Below, piece after piece: positions 6,829 through 15,250 of a stretch of 64,000 bases of DNA. The DNA lies in assembly GCA_964344145.1 (NCBI GenBank), contig CAYFME010000007.1:2-64001 (forward strand), given 5' to 3'. The position numbers and the translations under genes are program-made. Below the pieces are notes generated by a model that saw only the letters and a program-made list of their open reading frames with translations, had not been told where the DNA came from and ran no database searches. The stretch comes from an uncultured Gammaproteobacteria bacterium. GTDB taxonomy: Bacteria; Patescibacteriota; Patescibacteriia; UBA9934. The stretch's first letter is position 1; the number at the start of each line of letters is the position of its first letter.

Positions 6829-8436
6829 ATGTTCTCCTGGCTTTCAGGTAAATCCAACACGATTACAAGCGCGGCGGCCATCGTCGCCTTGTTTTCGATT
6901 TTATCGCGGTTCGTCGGCTTTATTCGAGACCGTATTCTTGCAGGCGCGTTTGGAGCATCCGACACGCTTGATATTTACTTTGCTGCATTTCGCATTCCAG
7001 ACCTGATGTTTCAGCTTGTGGTTGTGGGTGCGCTTTCGGCTAGCTTCATTCCGATTTTCACAAAGTATTACCACCGTAAGCGTGTAAAAAAGGCTTGGAA
7101 GTTCACAAATACGATGCTGACACTGCTAGCCATTGGATTTGGGGTAATCACTGTTGTGATGATGTTTGTTGCCGATCCTCTTGCCGCTCTTGTTGCGCCG
7201 GGATTCGATCCCGAGAAGAGTGCAGCTGTTGCGGATATGTCGCGCGTGATGTTCCTGGCGCAGCTGCTGCTCGCGCTTTCGATGATCTATGGTTCCGTGC
7301 TCCAGGGAGCGAAACGATTTTTTCTCTATTCACTCGCACCAATTTTTTACAACATCGGTATCATCGTTGGAGTTGTGTGGATTGCAACGGAGGATTGGCC
7401 GATCGGATTGGCCTGGGGTGTTGTGCTTGGAGCGGCTCTGCATTTCCTCACGCAGTGGCTTGGTGCTCGTGACCTTGGTCATCGGTTCAAACCGCGTTTT
7501 GTTCTCAAAGACAAAGATGTCGTGTACACGCTCAAGCATATGATGCCACGCACGCTAGGGCTTGCTGTGGGGCAGGTGAATATCTTTTTGATGACAGCAA
7601 TAGCCTCTACGTTGGCGGTAGGGTCCGTGACAGTGCTGCAGTTCGCGTACAACCTGAACTTTTTCGCCGTTGGGATCATTGGCGTGTCGTATGCCATTGC
7701 GGCGTATCCGACGCTGTGTGAGCTGGCGAGTGATAGAAAGAAAACAGCGTTGGTGAAAACGATCTCAACGACCGCACGGCAGATGCTGTTCTTCCTTGTG
7801 CCTGCGACAGTGTTGTTTATTTTGTTGCGCGCGCAAGTTGTGCGTCTTGTTGTTGGTGCTGGCCAGTTTGATTGGGAGGCGACGATCCTCACGGCCAACA
7901 CGTTGGGATTCTTTGCTCTCTCGCTCACGTTACAAGCGCTCGTATTTCTACTCGTTCGTGTTTACTTCGCGCGCGGACAAACCGTAGCGCCGTTTATCAT
8001 TGGTGTGATAGCGGCGATTGTTCACGGAGCCTCAGCAATCATTCTTACGCAATCGATGGAAGTGGTTGGACTAGGGGCGGCATATTCAATTGCCATTGCG
8101 GTGCAGTTTTTGTTGCTTTGGGGTTGGTTGCGCACGCAAATGGGCAGCCTCGATGAGCTTCGAATAATGAAATCACTGTGGATTTTTATTGCTGCTGCCG
8201 TGGCGTGCGGTGTGACGACGCAGGTGGCAAAAACGCTCGTGGTTGAGCTTATTACGCTAGACACATTCTTTGGGGTTTTGGCCCAATTGTTGATTGCTGG
8301 TGGGGTAGGGCTTATTATTTACGTTTTGGTGGCGTATCTATTTAAAAGCCAGGAGCTTTTGGATGTGTTGGGAGGACTAAAACGCAAGCTTATGCGTAGG
8401 CATCATCCAGAAGAGGCAATTTTGGACCAAAGTTAG
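6829..8436 (+). CDS. murJ: lipid II flippase MurJ/MviN
   Basis: The sequence MFSWLSGKSNTITSAAAIVALFSILSRFVGFIRDRILAGAFGAS...DIYFAAFRIPD is the MurJ signature. The track ORF start (6715) reads through the structured element, so the ATG at 6829 is used. Confidence 0.8.
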   Translation: MFSWLSGKSNTITSAAAIVALFSILSRFVGFIRDRILAGAFGASDTLDIYFAAFRIPDLMFQLVVVGALSASFIPIFTKYYHRKRVKKAWKFTNTMLTLLAIGFGVITVVMMFVADPLAALVAPGFDPEKSAAVADMSRVMFLAQLLLALSMIYGSVLQGAKRFFLYSLAPIFYNIGIIVGVVWIATEDWPIGLAWGVVLGAALHFLTQWLGARDLGHRFKPRFVLKDKDVVYTLKHMMPRTLGLAVGQVNIFLMTAIASTLAVGSVTVLQFAYNLNFFAVGIIGVSYAIAAYPTLCELASDRKKTALVKTISTTARQMLFFLVPATVLFILLRAQVVRLVVGAGQFDWEATILTANTLGFFALSLTLQALVFLLVRVYFARGQTVAPFIIGVIAAIVHGASAIILTQSMEVVGLGAAYSIAIAVQFLLLWGWLRTQMGSLDELRIMKSLWIFIAAAVACGVTTQVAKTLVVELITLDTFFGVLAQLLIAGGVGLIIYVLVAYLFKSQELLDVLGGLKRKLMRRHHPEEAILDQS

Positions 8437-8468
8437 CTAGAACAAGCCATTTTATTGTTCAATCGTAC

Positions 8469-8497
8469 TTGACAAAAGTGCGATTTTGTGCTATTAT
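8469..8497 (+). promoter_or_regulatory. near-consensus sigma70 promoter TTGACA-17-(TGc)TATTAT
   Basis: ttgaca lies at 8469-8474 and tattat at 8492-8497, with an extended -10 TG. Confidence 0.55.
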
Positions 8498-8503
8498 TTC
8501 GCT

Positions 8504-8597
8504 GTAAGTAGACCTTAAAAACTCTGCTAAAGAACCAGCGAACAGATTACTGGCATCGACCCAAATGGGGTCTTTGTCGGTTTTTTTGTTAGCACTC
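8504..8597 (+). ncRNA. candidate small RNA or leader transcript (~94 nt) between the consensus promoter and an intrinsic terminator; identity unknown
   Basis: The promoter at 8469-8497 and a terminator hairpin plus U-tract at 8566-8597 bracket the region. No ORF lies inside. No match to tRNA, SRP or preQ1 motifs was recognised by eye. Confidence 0.3.
8566..8597 (+). terminator. rho-independent terminator (cgaccc-aaat-ggggtcg stem + TTTGTCGGTTTTTTT)
   Basis: A GC stem is followed by a 7-T run. Confidence 0.45.
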
Positions 8598-8660
8598 TCA
8601 AAGTGATTCACTTGCTGGATCTCTTCGAGAGCGCGGACCAGATGAAGCGCTCCAGAAAAG
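8593..8660. repeat. Island-A ~70-bp hairpin repeat, copy 1 (GCaCTCTCAAAGTGATTCAC...CTTCGAGAGCGCGGACCAGATGAAGCGCTCCAG)
   Basis: A 12-bp imperfect stem (GCGCTCTCAAAG/CTTCGAGAGCGC) has a ~19-nt variable loop and a conserved 3' tail. It ends ~10 nt before the GTG of ORF 8668. Confidence 0.6.
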
Positions 8661-8667
8661 GCAGACA

Positions 8668-8955
8668 GTGCGAGTCAGGCAGTTGGACTACCTCACGGAT
8701 GAGGTCATCGCCACGTTCCGTCAGGACGTCATGGACTCCGTCAGGGAGTTCGACGCCCTGCTAGAGACGCTCGGCGTGACCCCGGGAGACTTCTGGGGGG
8801 ACCGCCGCACCCGGCAGACCTTCATCACCCGGGTTCGTCTCGATGACGGGATCACGAGGCACTGCACCGTGAAGGTGTCGTACATCGGCTATCCCCACAT
8901 TCGCCTCGTGGCCCTTCTGAAGAAGGAGCCGCTCGGCGATCTCCTGGACCTGTAG
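8668..8955 (+). CDS. hypothetical protein (GC-rich island A)
   Basis: The 95 aa product starts at a GTG. It is preceded by repeat copy 1 and has no recognisable domain. Confidence 0.4.
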   Translation: MRVRQLDYLTDEVIATFRQDVMDSVREFDALLETLGVTPGDFWGDRRTRQTFITRVRLDDGITRHCTVKVSYIGYPHIRLVALLKKEPLGDLLDL

Positions 8956-8984
8956 TCGTAACGTGAACTTAGGCACCGCGCGAC

Positions 8985-9055
8985 GGTGCCGCTCTCAAAG
9001 TGATTCACACGTTGGATCCCTTCGAGAGCGCGGACCAACTGAAGCGCTCCAGAAT
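8985..9055. repeat. Island-A hairpin repeat, copy 2
   Basis: Sequence CGCTCTCAAAGTGATTCACACGTTGGATCCCTTCGAGAGCGCGGACCAACTGAAGCGCTCCAG lies ~10 nt upstream of the ATG at 9065. Confidence 0.6.
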
Positions 9056-9064
9056 GGGATAGAC

Positions 9065-9412
9065 ATGGCCACCAAGCCTTTGATCCGTAAGGAGTTTCGG
9101 GGGATTGCGAGGCAGAGGACGCCTTTGCGCCACTGGCGGATGCTGCTGTGGAGTATTCAGCGCATGATCAGTGGCAATCTGTCGTGGTGTTGGACGGATA
9201 GCGCTCACGATGTGCTGGGCGACTATCCGGGCGTCACCTCCTCCATCGAGAGCGGCGACGCCTACGGGTTTAAGGGCACGACGTGTTACGTCCTGCACCT
9301 CAAGCTCGAGGGTACGCCCGTGCGGATCGTCCAGCGTCACTCGCTCGAAGAGGCATGGGTGGAGTTCTACGGCCCCTTGCCTGCGTACCTGCGTGGCACG
9401 CTCGACGACTAG
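9065..9412 (+). CDS. hypothetical protein (GC-rich island A)
   Basis: The 116 aa product starts MATKPLIRKEF. The same repeated leader precedes ORF 8668. Confidence 0.4.
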   Translation: MATKPLIRKEFRGIARQRTPLRHWRMLLWSIQRMISGNLSWCWTDSAHDVLGDYPGVTSSIESGDAYGFKGTTCYVLHLKLEGTPVRIVQRHSLEEAWVEFYGPLPAYLRGTLDD

Positions 9413-9590
9413 CTCCTCCAACTTGTAACTTCGGAACCGTTCCCGGTCAGCTGGACGCTGCCGGGGTTCCCCATAGCTAATCACGCGATCCTGCGTGGTG
9501 GGCTACGGTGGAGCCGACGCTCCCCACATGCGTACAAACGTCCTGTTCTCCATATTGCGGCAACGCAGGTAACGGAGGCAGGCGAGTAAT

Positions 9591-9776
9591 GTGATGGAAC
9601 TGCTTGAGTTCCTCGTTGCACTCCTGGTGAAGTACACTGGGATGACCGACGCCCAGGCGTTCGACCTGGTGGGTGGGATGATTCTCTGGAGTGCTCCCTT
9701 GACGGTCGCTGCTGTCTTCGTGCTGATCTGGCTCATGGATTGGGCCGAGAGGAGGCGTGATGGAGAGGCCCGGTAG
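9591..9776 (+). CDS. small hydrophobic protein (holin-like, 1-2 TM)
   Basis: The 61 aa product has a hydrophobic core LIWLMDW and a basic tail. It overlaps the next ORF by 20 nt. Confidence 0.35.
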   Translation: MMELLEFLVALLVKYTGMTDAQAFDLVGGMILWSAPLTVAAVFVLIWLMDWAERRRDGEAR

Positions 9777-9966
9777 TGCACCGCTGGTGTCACTGATCAG
9801 CGTCCTGGCATCCGCATGCATCGTGTTCCTGATCGTGATGGGCGTGATGCACTGGGGCTACGGCCAGAACGTCAACGACGACTTCGGTGCCCTGATCGTG
9901 GTCGCCGCCATCGCTACTCCCGTGCTCCTTGGTGCAAGAACCATGGCACGAGACGGCATCCTCTAG
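9757..9966 (+). CDS. small 2-TM membrane protein
   Basis: The 69 aa product has two hydrophobic segments. Confidence 0.35.
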   Translation: MMERPGSAPLVSLISVLASACIVFLIVMGVMHWGYGQNVNDDFGALIVVAAIATPVLLGARTMARDGIL

Positions 9967-9994
9967 CGAGTCTCCCGGCGTCGCACTCGCGCGG

Positions 9995-10052
9995 CGCCGG
10001 CGCTCTCAAAGCGACTCATTCGTGGGTCCCTTCGAGAGCGCGGACCAACATT
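9995..10052. repeat. Island-A hairpin repeat, copy 3 (lacks the 3' tail)
   Basis: Sequence CGCTCTCAAAGCGACTCATTCGTGGGTCCCTTCGAGAGCGCGGACCAACAT. Confidence 0.55.
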
Positions 10053-10057
10053 AAGAA

Positions 10058-10095
10058 GACCCCTGCCAAGGATGGCGGGGGTCGGCTGTTTTTTT
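10058..10095 (+). terminator. rho-independent terminator (gacccctgcc-aaggatg-ggcgggggtc + GCTGTTTTTTT)
   Basis: A 10-bp stem with one G-U pair is followed by a 7-T run. It sits between convergent genes. Confidence 0.45.
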
Positions 10096-10145
10096 AAGCA
10101 CGAACCCCTCCGCGGCCCAGACGGGCGGGAGGGGTTTGACGGTGT

Positions 10146-11360
10146 TCAACGAACGCGCTCGAGCGTTTGTCGAATCTTCCAGCGGTCAGGTCGACGTAGA
10201 AAGGAGAGGACCTCACGCTTGTACTCGATCTGCTCAGGCGGTGGACTGACGATGCGGCGAGTGACGTTGCGTCCACGCTCCGCACCTGGCATGGCGATGT
10301 AGCCGCGTTTCTTGAGATCGGCGAGGATATCCGGTCTGTGCGGGCAGACGAGCAGCTGCACGGCCTTCACCTCGCGGGCGGTCAGTGGACGATCTCCGAC
10401 GATCTCTTGTGCGGCCCAGAGCGCTTCCAGGATGTACGTGTGTCGCCGACTGGGCAGGAGTCCGTTGTTCGACGGCGGGGTAGGAGTCGGTGCGGGTCCA
10501 GGGATCTCTGGCCCCTTTTCTTCCTTGCTCTCCGGCTGATGGAAGTCTGGGAACGTTGCGCGGTGCAGTTCCGTGAGCGCACGCGTCGACCGGGCCACCA
10601 CGTTGTCGATGAACGGTAGGCCCATGACATTGAGTCTCGGCAGGGCGTAGACCCGTACGTTACTTCCTGGCAGCAAGCCTCTTTCCTTCCGCATCATCTT
10701 ACGGGCGGTGATGATGTCGAAGTTGCGACACAGCCGCTCTGCGCATGACAGCGCTTCCTGAAGCGGGATCCCGTCACGCCTGAAGAGCATGGCGATTTCC
10801 AGACCGTTCAGGATACGACGCTTCAAGCCGGTCATGAGGTTGTGGATCTCGACAAGGAGCAGGACATCCCACGGGTCCATGCCGTTCCGGCGGGCGCCGG
10901 CATGCGGCATGCTGCCGTAGTCTCGGATCGTTGACCGCTCCGGTGTCGGCTCGGGATCAGGATCTGGCGACTTGGGGCCCGGCTCAGGATTTGATACGAC
11001 CTCCACCGGTCGATGCCTAACCTGCCGCCGTAGAGCACCACGTTCTCCTTGCACCAGGAGCGCGACGAGATCGTCGGGAAGGCGCTTCCTCCTGGGGGTC
11101 TCTATCTCCCGGAAGTGTTCTCTCTTGGGAACACGCAGAACCCAGAAGTTTCCACCAGCGCGTGAACGAATGGACATCACCCGGCGGTCGTAGATCGTCG
11201 CGGCCATCGGGTTGAACTCACCCGCGCAATCGTGCCAGTCACGGAGGATGTTGACCTGCCAGAGCAGGAGTCCGTCTTCCACCTCACTGTTGCTGTTGAT
11301 GATCCGTGCGGCGTCCCTCAGGAACGCCAGCACGCGGCTCGAAAATTCGAACATCGCCAT
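10146..11360 (-). CDS. hypothetical protein, 404 aa, ~63% GC with Pro/Glu-rich linkers (foreign, actinobacterial-like composition)
   Basis: It is the longest ORF in island A. The segment PEPGPKSPDPDPEPTPE is typical of high-GC Gram-positive proteins. No domain was recognised. Confidence 0.5.
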   Translation of the reverse strand: MAMFEFSSRVLAFLRDAARIINSNSEVEDGLLLWQVNILRDWHDCAGEFNPMAATIYDRRVMSIRSRAGGNFWVLRVPKREHFREIETPRRKRLPDDLVALLVQGERGALRRQVRHRPVEVVSNPEPGPKSPDPDPEPTPERSTIRDYGSMPHAGARRNGMDPWDVLLLVEIHNLMTGLKRRILNGLEIAMLFRRDGIPLQEALSCAERLCRNFDIITARKMMRKERGLLPGSNVRVYALPRLNVMGLPFIDNVVARSTRALTELHRATFPDFHQPESKEEKGPEIPGPAPTPTPPSNNGLLPSRRHTYILEALWAAQEIVGDRPLTAREVKAVQLLVCPHRPDILADLKKRGYIAMPGAERGRNVTRRIVSPPPEQIEYKREVLSFLRRPDRWKIRQTLERVR

Positions 11361-11436
11361 GACATTCCCTCCTTACTGTATTGTTATCGCAAAAGACGCC
11401 CTTGATCAAGCAGACTTGCTGATATAGGATAATCCC

Positions 11437-13191
11437 ATGAACGCAAACGAACTGCGCCGCAAGTACATCGATTTCTTTGTTACAAAAGGCCACGCCGAAA
11501 TCCCTTCGGCTTCTTTAGTTCCGGAAAACGATCCATCGGTGCTGTTTACGACCGCCGGCATGCATCCGTTGGTGCCTTACTTGATGGGCGAGAAGCACCC
11601 AGCTGGCAATCGGTTGGTCGACTATCAAAAATGTGTTCGTACTGGCGATATCGATGAGGTCGGCGACAACACGCACCTCACATTCTTTGAAATGCTCGGT
11701 AACTGGTCGTTGGGCGACTACTTCAAAGATGAGTCCATTGAATGGAGCTACGAGTTTCTAACATCGAAAGACTGGCTCGGCATCGACGTCGATCGTTTGG
11801 CTGTCAGTGTATTTGCCGGCGACGACGACGCACCCTTTGATCAAGAAGCGTTCGATAAGTGGATTGCACTGGGCATTCCAGAAGCGCGCATTGCAAAACT
11901 CGGAAAAGACGACAACTGGTGGCCAGCAGGTGGTAAGCATCCAGGTCCACAAGGTCCTGACACAGAAATCTTCTATTGGACCGGTGACGACGACGCTCCC
12001 GAAGCGTTCGATCCAGAAAATGATCTTTGGGTGGAGATTTGGAACAACGTTTTCATGCAGTTTTCCAAAGGAGATGATGGAGTGCTTTCACCACTTGAAA
12101 AGACCAACGTTGATACCGGCATGGGCCTTGAGCGTACGCTTGCGGTCTTTAACGGAAAGGCGAGCGTGTTTGAGACAGATTTGTTTGTACCGATTATCAA
12201 ACAAATTGAGTCTATTTCGAAACGATCGTATAACGAGCACGAACGTTCAATGCGTATCATTGCGGACCACATTCGTACGGCAGTGATGATGATTGCGGAC
12301 GGTGTGATGCCATCCAACAAAGATCAAGGGTATATTTTGCGCCGACTTATTCGTCGCAGCGTGCGAGAGATGATGAAGATTAACGAAAAGCACTCGGTGA
12401 ATGGAGTTGTTGATGTAGCGGCAGACACGCTCGCGGACGCGTATCCAGTCTTGAACGAAAAGCGCGATGCGATTAAGGATGCGATCGCCGCTGAGGTGGC
12501 GAAGTTTGGCAAGACGCTCAAGAAAGGTCTGCGCGAATTTGAGAAGCTGAGCAACGTTGACGGCAAAGCGGCGTTTGATTTGTATCAAACATACGGCTTC
12601 CCATTGGAGCTTACTGAGGAGATGGCGCGTGAAAAGGGCACTGAGGTTGACCACGACGTGTTTGAAGCTGAGTTTAAAAAGCATCAAGATCTGTCGCGCA
12701 CAGCATCAGCAGGAAAGTTCAAAGGAGGACTAGCGGATTCGAGTGAAAAAACGACGCAGTTGCACACCGCGACGCACTTGATGCTTGCGGCGCTGCGTAA
12801 GTATCTCGGTCCGGAGGTGCATCAGGCCGGATCGAACATCACGGCTGAGCGCACACGCTTTGACTTTACGTGGCCGGAGAAAGTCGAACGTGATGTCCTT
12901 GATCAGGTTGAAGCGTACGTTAACGATGCGATCGAAAACGAGGCGACCGTAAAGATCGAAGTGTTGCCAAAGCAGCAGGCGCAGGATGAGGGGGTTGAGG
13001 GAAGTTTCTGGGAAAAGTATCCGGATCAAGTCAACGTCTACAACGTGATCGGTAAGGACGGCACGGTCTATTCCCGGGAGCTTTGCGGTGGACCTCATGT
13101 GAAAACCACAAAGGGAATGGGGACGTTTAAGATTGTCAAAGAACAGTCATCTTCCGCCGGAATTCGTCGAATTAAGGCCATTCTTGGCTAA
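11437..13191 (+). CDS. alaS: alanyl-tRNA synthetase (short form, lacks the C-terminal C-Ala domain)
   Basis: The N-terminal class II core MNANELRRKYIDFFVTKGHAEIPSASLVP...FTTAGM is present. The editing-domain HTATHLM motif is present. The product is 584 aa. Confidence 0.85.
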   Translation: MNANELRRKYIDFFVTKGHAEIPSASLVPENDPSVLFTTAGMHPLVPYLMGEKHPAGNRLVDYQKCVRTGDIDEVGDNTHLTFFEMLGNWSLGDYFKDESIEWSYEFLTSKDWLGIDVDRLAVSVFAGDDDAPFDQEAFDKWIALGIPEARIAKLGKDDNWWPAGGKHPGPQGPDTEIFYWTGDDDAPEAFDPENDLWVEIWNNVFMQFSKGDDGVLSPLEKTNVDTGMGLERTLAVFNGKASVFETDLFVPIIKQIESISKRSYNEHERSMRIIADHIRTAVMMIADGVMPSNKDQGYILRRLIRRSVREMMKINEKHSVNGVVDVAADTLADAYPVLNEKRDAIKDAIAAEVAKFGKTLKKGLREFEKLSNVDGKAAFDLYQTYGFPLELTEEMAREKGTEVDHDVFEAEFKKHQDLSRTASAGKFKGGLADSSEKTTQLHTATHLMLAALRKYLGPEVHQAGSNITAERTRFDFTWPEKVERDVLDQVEAYVNDAIENEATVKIEVLPKQQAQDEGVEGSFWEKYPDQVNVYNVIGKDGTVYSRELCGGPHVKTTKGMGTFKIVKEQSSSAGIRRIKAILG

Positions 13192-13225
13192 TATTACTTG
13201 ATCCACAAGGTATTCTTGACATCAT

Positions 13226-13254
13226 GACTGACATGAACTACACTCCTCGCGCAA
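13226..13254 (+). promoter_or_regulatory. sigma70-like promoter upstream of the infA operon (TTGACA-17-TACACT)
   Basis: Sequence ttgacatcatgactgacatgaactacact. Confidence 0.4.
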
Positions 13255-13303
13255 CGTTCTCTTGCGCTTTTGCCCTAACTTTGGTAGTATTTCGCCCGTA
13301 GTT

Positions 13304-13519
13304 ATGGCAGAAAAACAATTCATCGAAATGCGTGGAACGATCGAAGAGGCTTTGCCTGGATTGACCTTCCGCGTCAAACTAGAGAACGAACAAGAAGTTA
13401 TCGCCAAGTTGGCCGGCCGGTTGCGCAAGTTCCGCATCCGCGTCATGCCAGGTGACGACGTCAAAGTCGAGATCAGTCCCTATGATCTGACAAAAGGACG
13501 CATCACGTATCGATTCTGA
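13304..13519 (+). CDS. infA: translation initiation factor IF-1
   Basis: [71 protein letters not shown] is the S1-like IF-1 sequence. The ATG at 13304 lies inside track ORF 13262..13519. Confidence 0.85.
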   Translation: MAEKQFIEMRGTIEEALPGLTFRVKLENEQEVIAKLAGRLRKFRIRVMPGDDVKVEISPYDLTKGRITYRF

Positions 13520-13592
13520 TACGACATGTCGACCTTAACAATGTCATCCAAGATTTTCAGGATGACTTTGTGGTAGCAATAATATTCAACCC

Positions 13593-13706
13593 ATGAAAGT
13601 TCGAGCATCAGTAAAGAAAATGTGTCGAGACTGCCGTGTGATTCGTCGCAAAGGCCGCGTTTGGGTTGTTTGCAAGAATCCTAAGCATAAGCAACGACAA
13701 GGATAA
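13593..13706 (+). CDS. rpmJ: 50S ribosomal protein L36
   Basis: [37 protein letters not shown] is 37 aa, below the track threshold. Confidence 0.85.
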   Translation: MKVRASVKKMCRDCRVIRRKGRVWVVCKNPKHKQRQG

Positions 13707-13708
13707 GT

Positions 13709-14092
13709 ATGGCACGAATCGCTGGAGTCAATATTCCATCCGATAAGCGCGTCGTCATCGCTCTGACGTACATTTTCGGTATCGGCTCAACGTCTTCCAA
13801 GAAGATTCTGGCTGCTGCACAGATCGATGAAAGCATCCGCGTGAAGGATCTTTCCGAGGATCAGGTGAACAAGATCCGAACCATTATTGATGGTGACCAC
13901 ACGGTTGAAGGTGAGCTGCGCCGCGAGGTGTTGCAGAACATCAAGCGTTTGAAGGATATCGGATGCTACCGTGGTGTTCGTCACACCAAGCGTTTGCCGG
14001 TTCGCGGTCAGCGCACGAAGACAAATGCTCGAACACTTAAGGGTGTGAAGAAGACGGCTGGATCTGGTCGCCGAACGCTCACGAAGACATAG
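13709..14092 (+). CDS. rpsM: 30S ribosomal protein S13
   Basis: [26 protein letters not shown]. Confidence 0.9.
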   Translation: MARIAGVNIPSDKRVVIALTYIFGIGSTSSKKILAAAQIDESIRVKDLSEDQVNKIRTIIDGDHTVEGELRREVLQNIKRLKDIGCYRGVRHTKRLPVRGQRTKTNARTLKGVKKTAGSGRRTLTKT

Positions 14093-14093
14093 T

Positions 14094-14588
14094 ATGAGTG
14101 ATGAAGAGAAAAAGATTGAGGAGCAGAAGGACCTTCCTAAGGACGTAGATAGCGCGTCTGAGGTTTTGGACAAGGCTCCAACGCCAAAGAAGCAATCAAA
14201 GTACTTCCGTACCGCGAAAGGAAAGCGCCGCGCGGTAAAGCAGGTTCCAAAGGGACTTGCGTACGTTCAGGCGTCGCTCAACAACACGATCGTGACGATT
14301 ACCGATCTCAACGGAAACGTTCTGTGTTGGTCTAGCTCTGGAAACTGCGGATTCCGCGGACCAAAGAAGGCAACGCCATTTGCCGCCGGTAAAGTTGTTG
14401 AAAAGCTCGCCGAGAAGGCGCAGCAGTACGGTGTGAAGGAGTTGAGCGTGTACACGAAGGGCATTGGGAACGGACGTGACGCCGCTGTGCGTTCGCTCAA
14501 CAGCCAAGGATTTACGATTACATCAATTCGGGAGACGACACCGGTTCCACATAACGGATGCCGAGCTCGCCGCCCACGACGCGTTTAG
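14094..14588 (+). CDS. rpsK: 30S ribosomal protein S11 (with N-terminal extension)
   Basis: GLAYVQASLNNTIVTITDLNGNVLCWSSSG...TKGIGNGRDAAVRSL. Confidence 0.9.
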   Translation: MSDEEKKIEEQKDLPKDVDSASEVLDKAPTPKKQSKYFRTAKGKRRAVKQVPKGLAYVQASLNNTIVTITDLNGNVLCWSSSGNCGFRGPKKATPFAAGKVVEKLAEKAQQYGVKELSVYTKGIGNGRDAAVRSLNSQGFTITSIRETTPVPHNGCRARRPRRV

Positions 14589-14591
14589 TAT

Positions 14592-15227
14592 ATGGCAAAG
14601 ACTTCCAAGAAAATGGGAAAGATGAGTCGTCGTGAGGGCGTAGCGCTTACCGCGGGGACCAAAGTGATGAAGGTGATGCAACGTCGACCTTATGCTCCTG
14701 GTGTGCATGGCGCACCAAGCGGAGCAGGTGGTCGTCGCCGCCGCCGTCAGTCTGTTTATGGTCAGCAGTTGCGTGAGAAGCAGAAGGCAAAGCGTCTTTA
14801 CGGTGTGATGGAGCGACAGTTCCGCAACTACTTCTCCAAAGCAACGCGCATGCAGGGAAACACGGCTGAGAATCTCGCACGTTTGCTTGAAACACGATTG
14901 GATAACGTTGTGTACCGCCTTGGGTTTGCCAAGACGCGTCCACAGGCTCGCCAAATGGTTAGCCACGCGTTGTTTACGGTCAACGGCAAGAAGGTCAATA
15001 TTGCGTCCTACCAGGTGCGTGTGGATGATGTGATCACGGTACGAGACAACAAGCGCGAGAAGAAGGTCTTTGAAGACCTCGATGAACGCCTTGGAAGCTA
15101 CACCGTACCGGGTTGGCTCCACACGGATGGACCAGCACGAAGCGGTAAGGTGGTCAGTCTGCCTGAAGGGGAGGATCTCAAGGAGGTTTACGACCCAACA
15201 CTGATCGTCGAGTTCTACTCACGCTAA
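14592..15227 (+). CDS. rpsD: 30S ribosomal protein S4
   Basis: The S4 domain plus VVYRLGFAKTRPQARQMVSHALFTVNGKKVNIASYQV. Confidence 0.9.
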   Translation: MAKTSKKMGKMSRREGVALTAGTKVMKVMQRRPYAPGVHGAPSGAGGRRRRRQSVYGQQLREKQKAKRLYGVMERQFRNYFSKATRMQGNTAENLARLLETRLDNVVYRLGFAKTRPQARQMVSHALFTVNGKKVNIASYQVRVDDVITVRDNKREKKVFEDLDERLGSYTVPGWLHTDGPARSGKVVSLPEGEDLKEVYDPTLIVEFYSR

Positions 15228-15250
15228 AATCATTTTTTATCAACGTTTGT

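Noticed and set aside
9455-9480. Possible fifth Family-1 copy (ggggttccccatagctaat)
   Set aside because: Only a 10-mer (ccccatagct) is shared and both hairpins are not intact. It is noted as a possible remnant only.
8593-10052. Integron attC (59-be) interpretation of the island-A hairpin repeats
   Set aside because: No RYYYAAC / GTTRRRY core pair was found. No intI is present in the window. Spacing relative to the ORFs fits leaders better than 3' attC sites.
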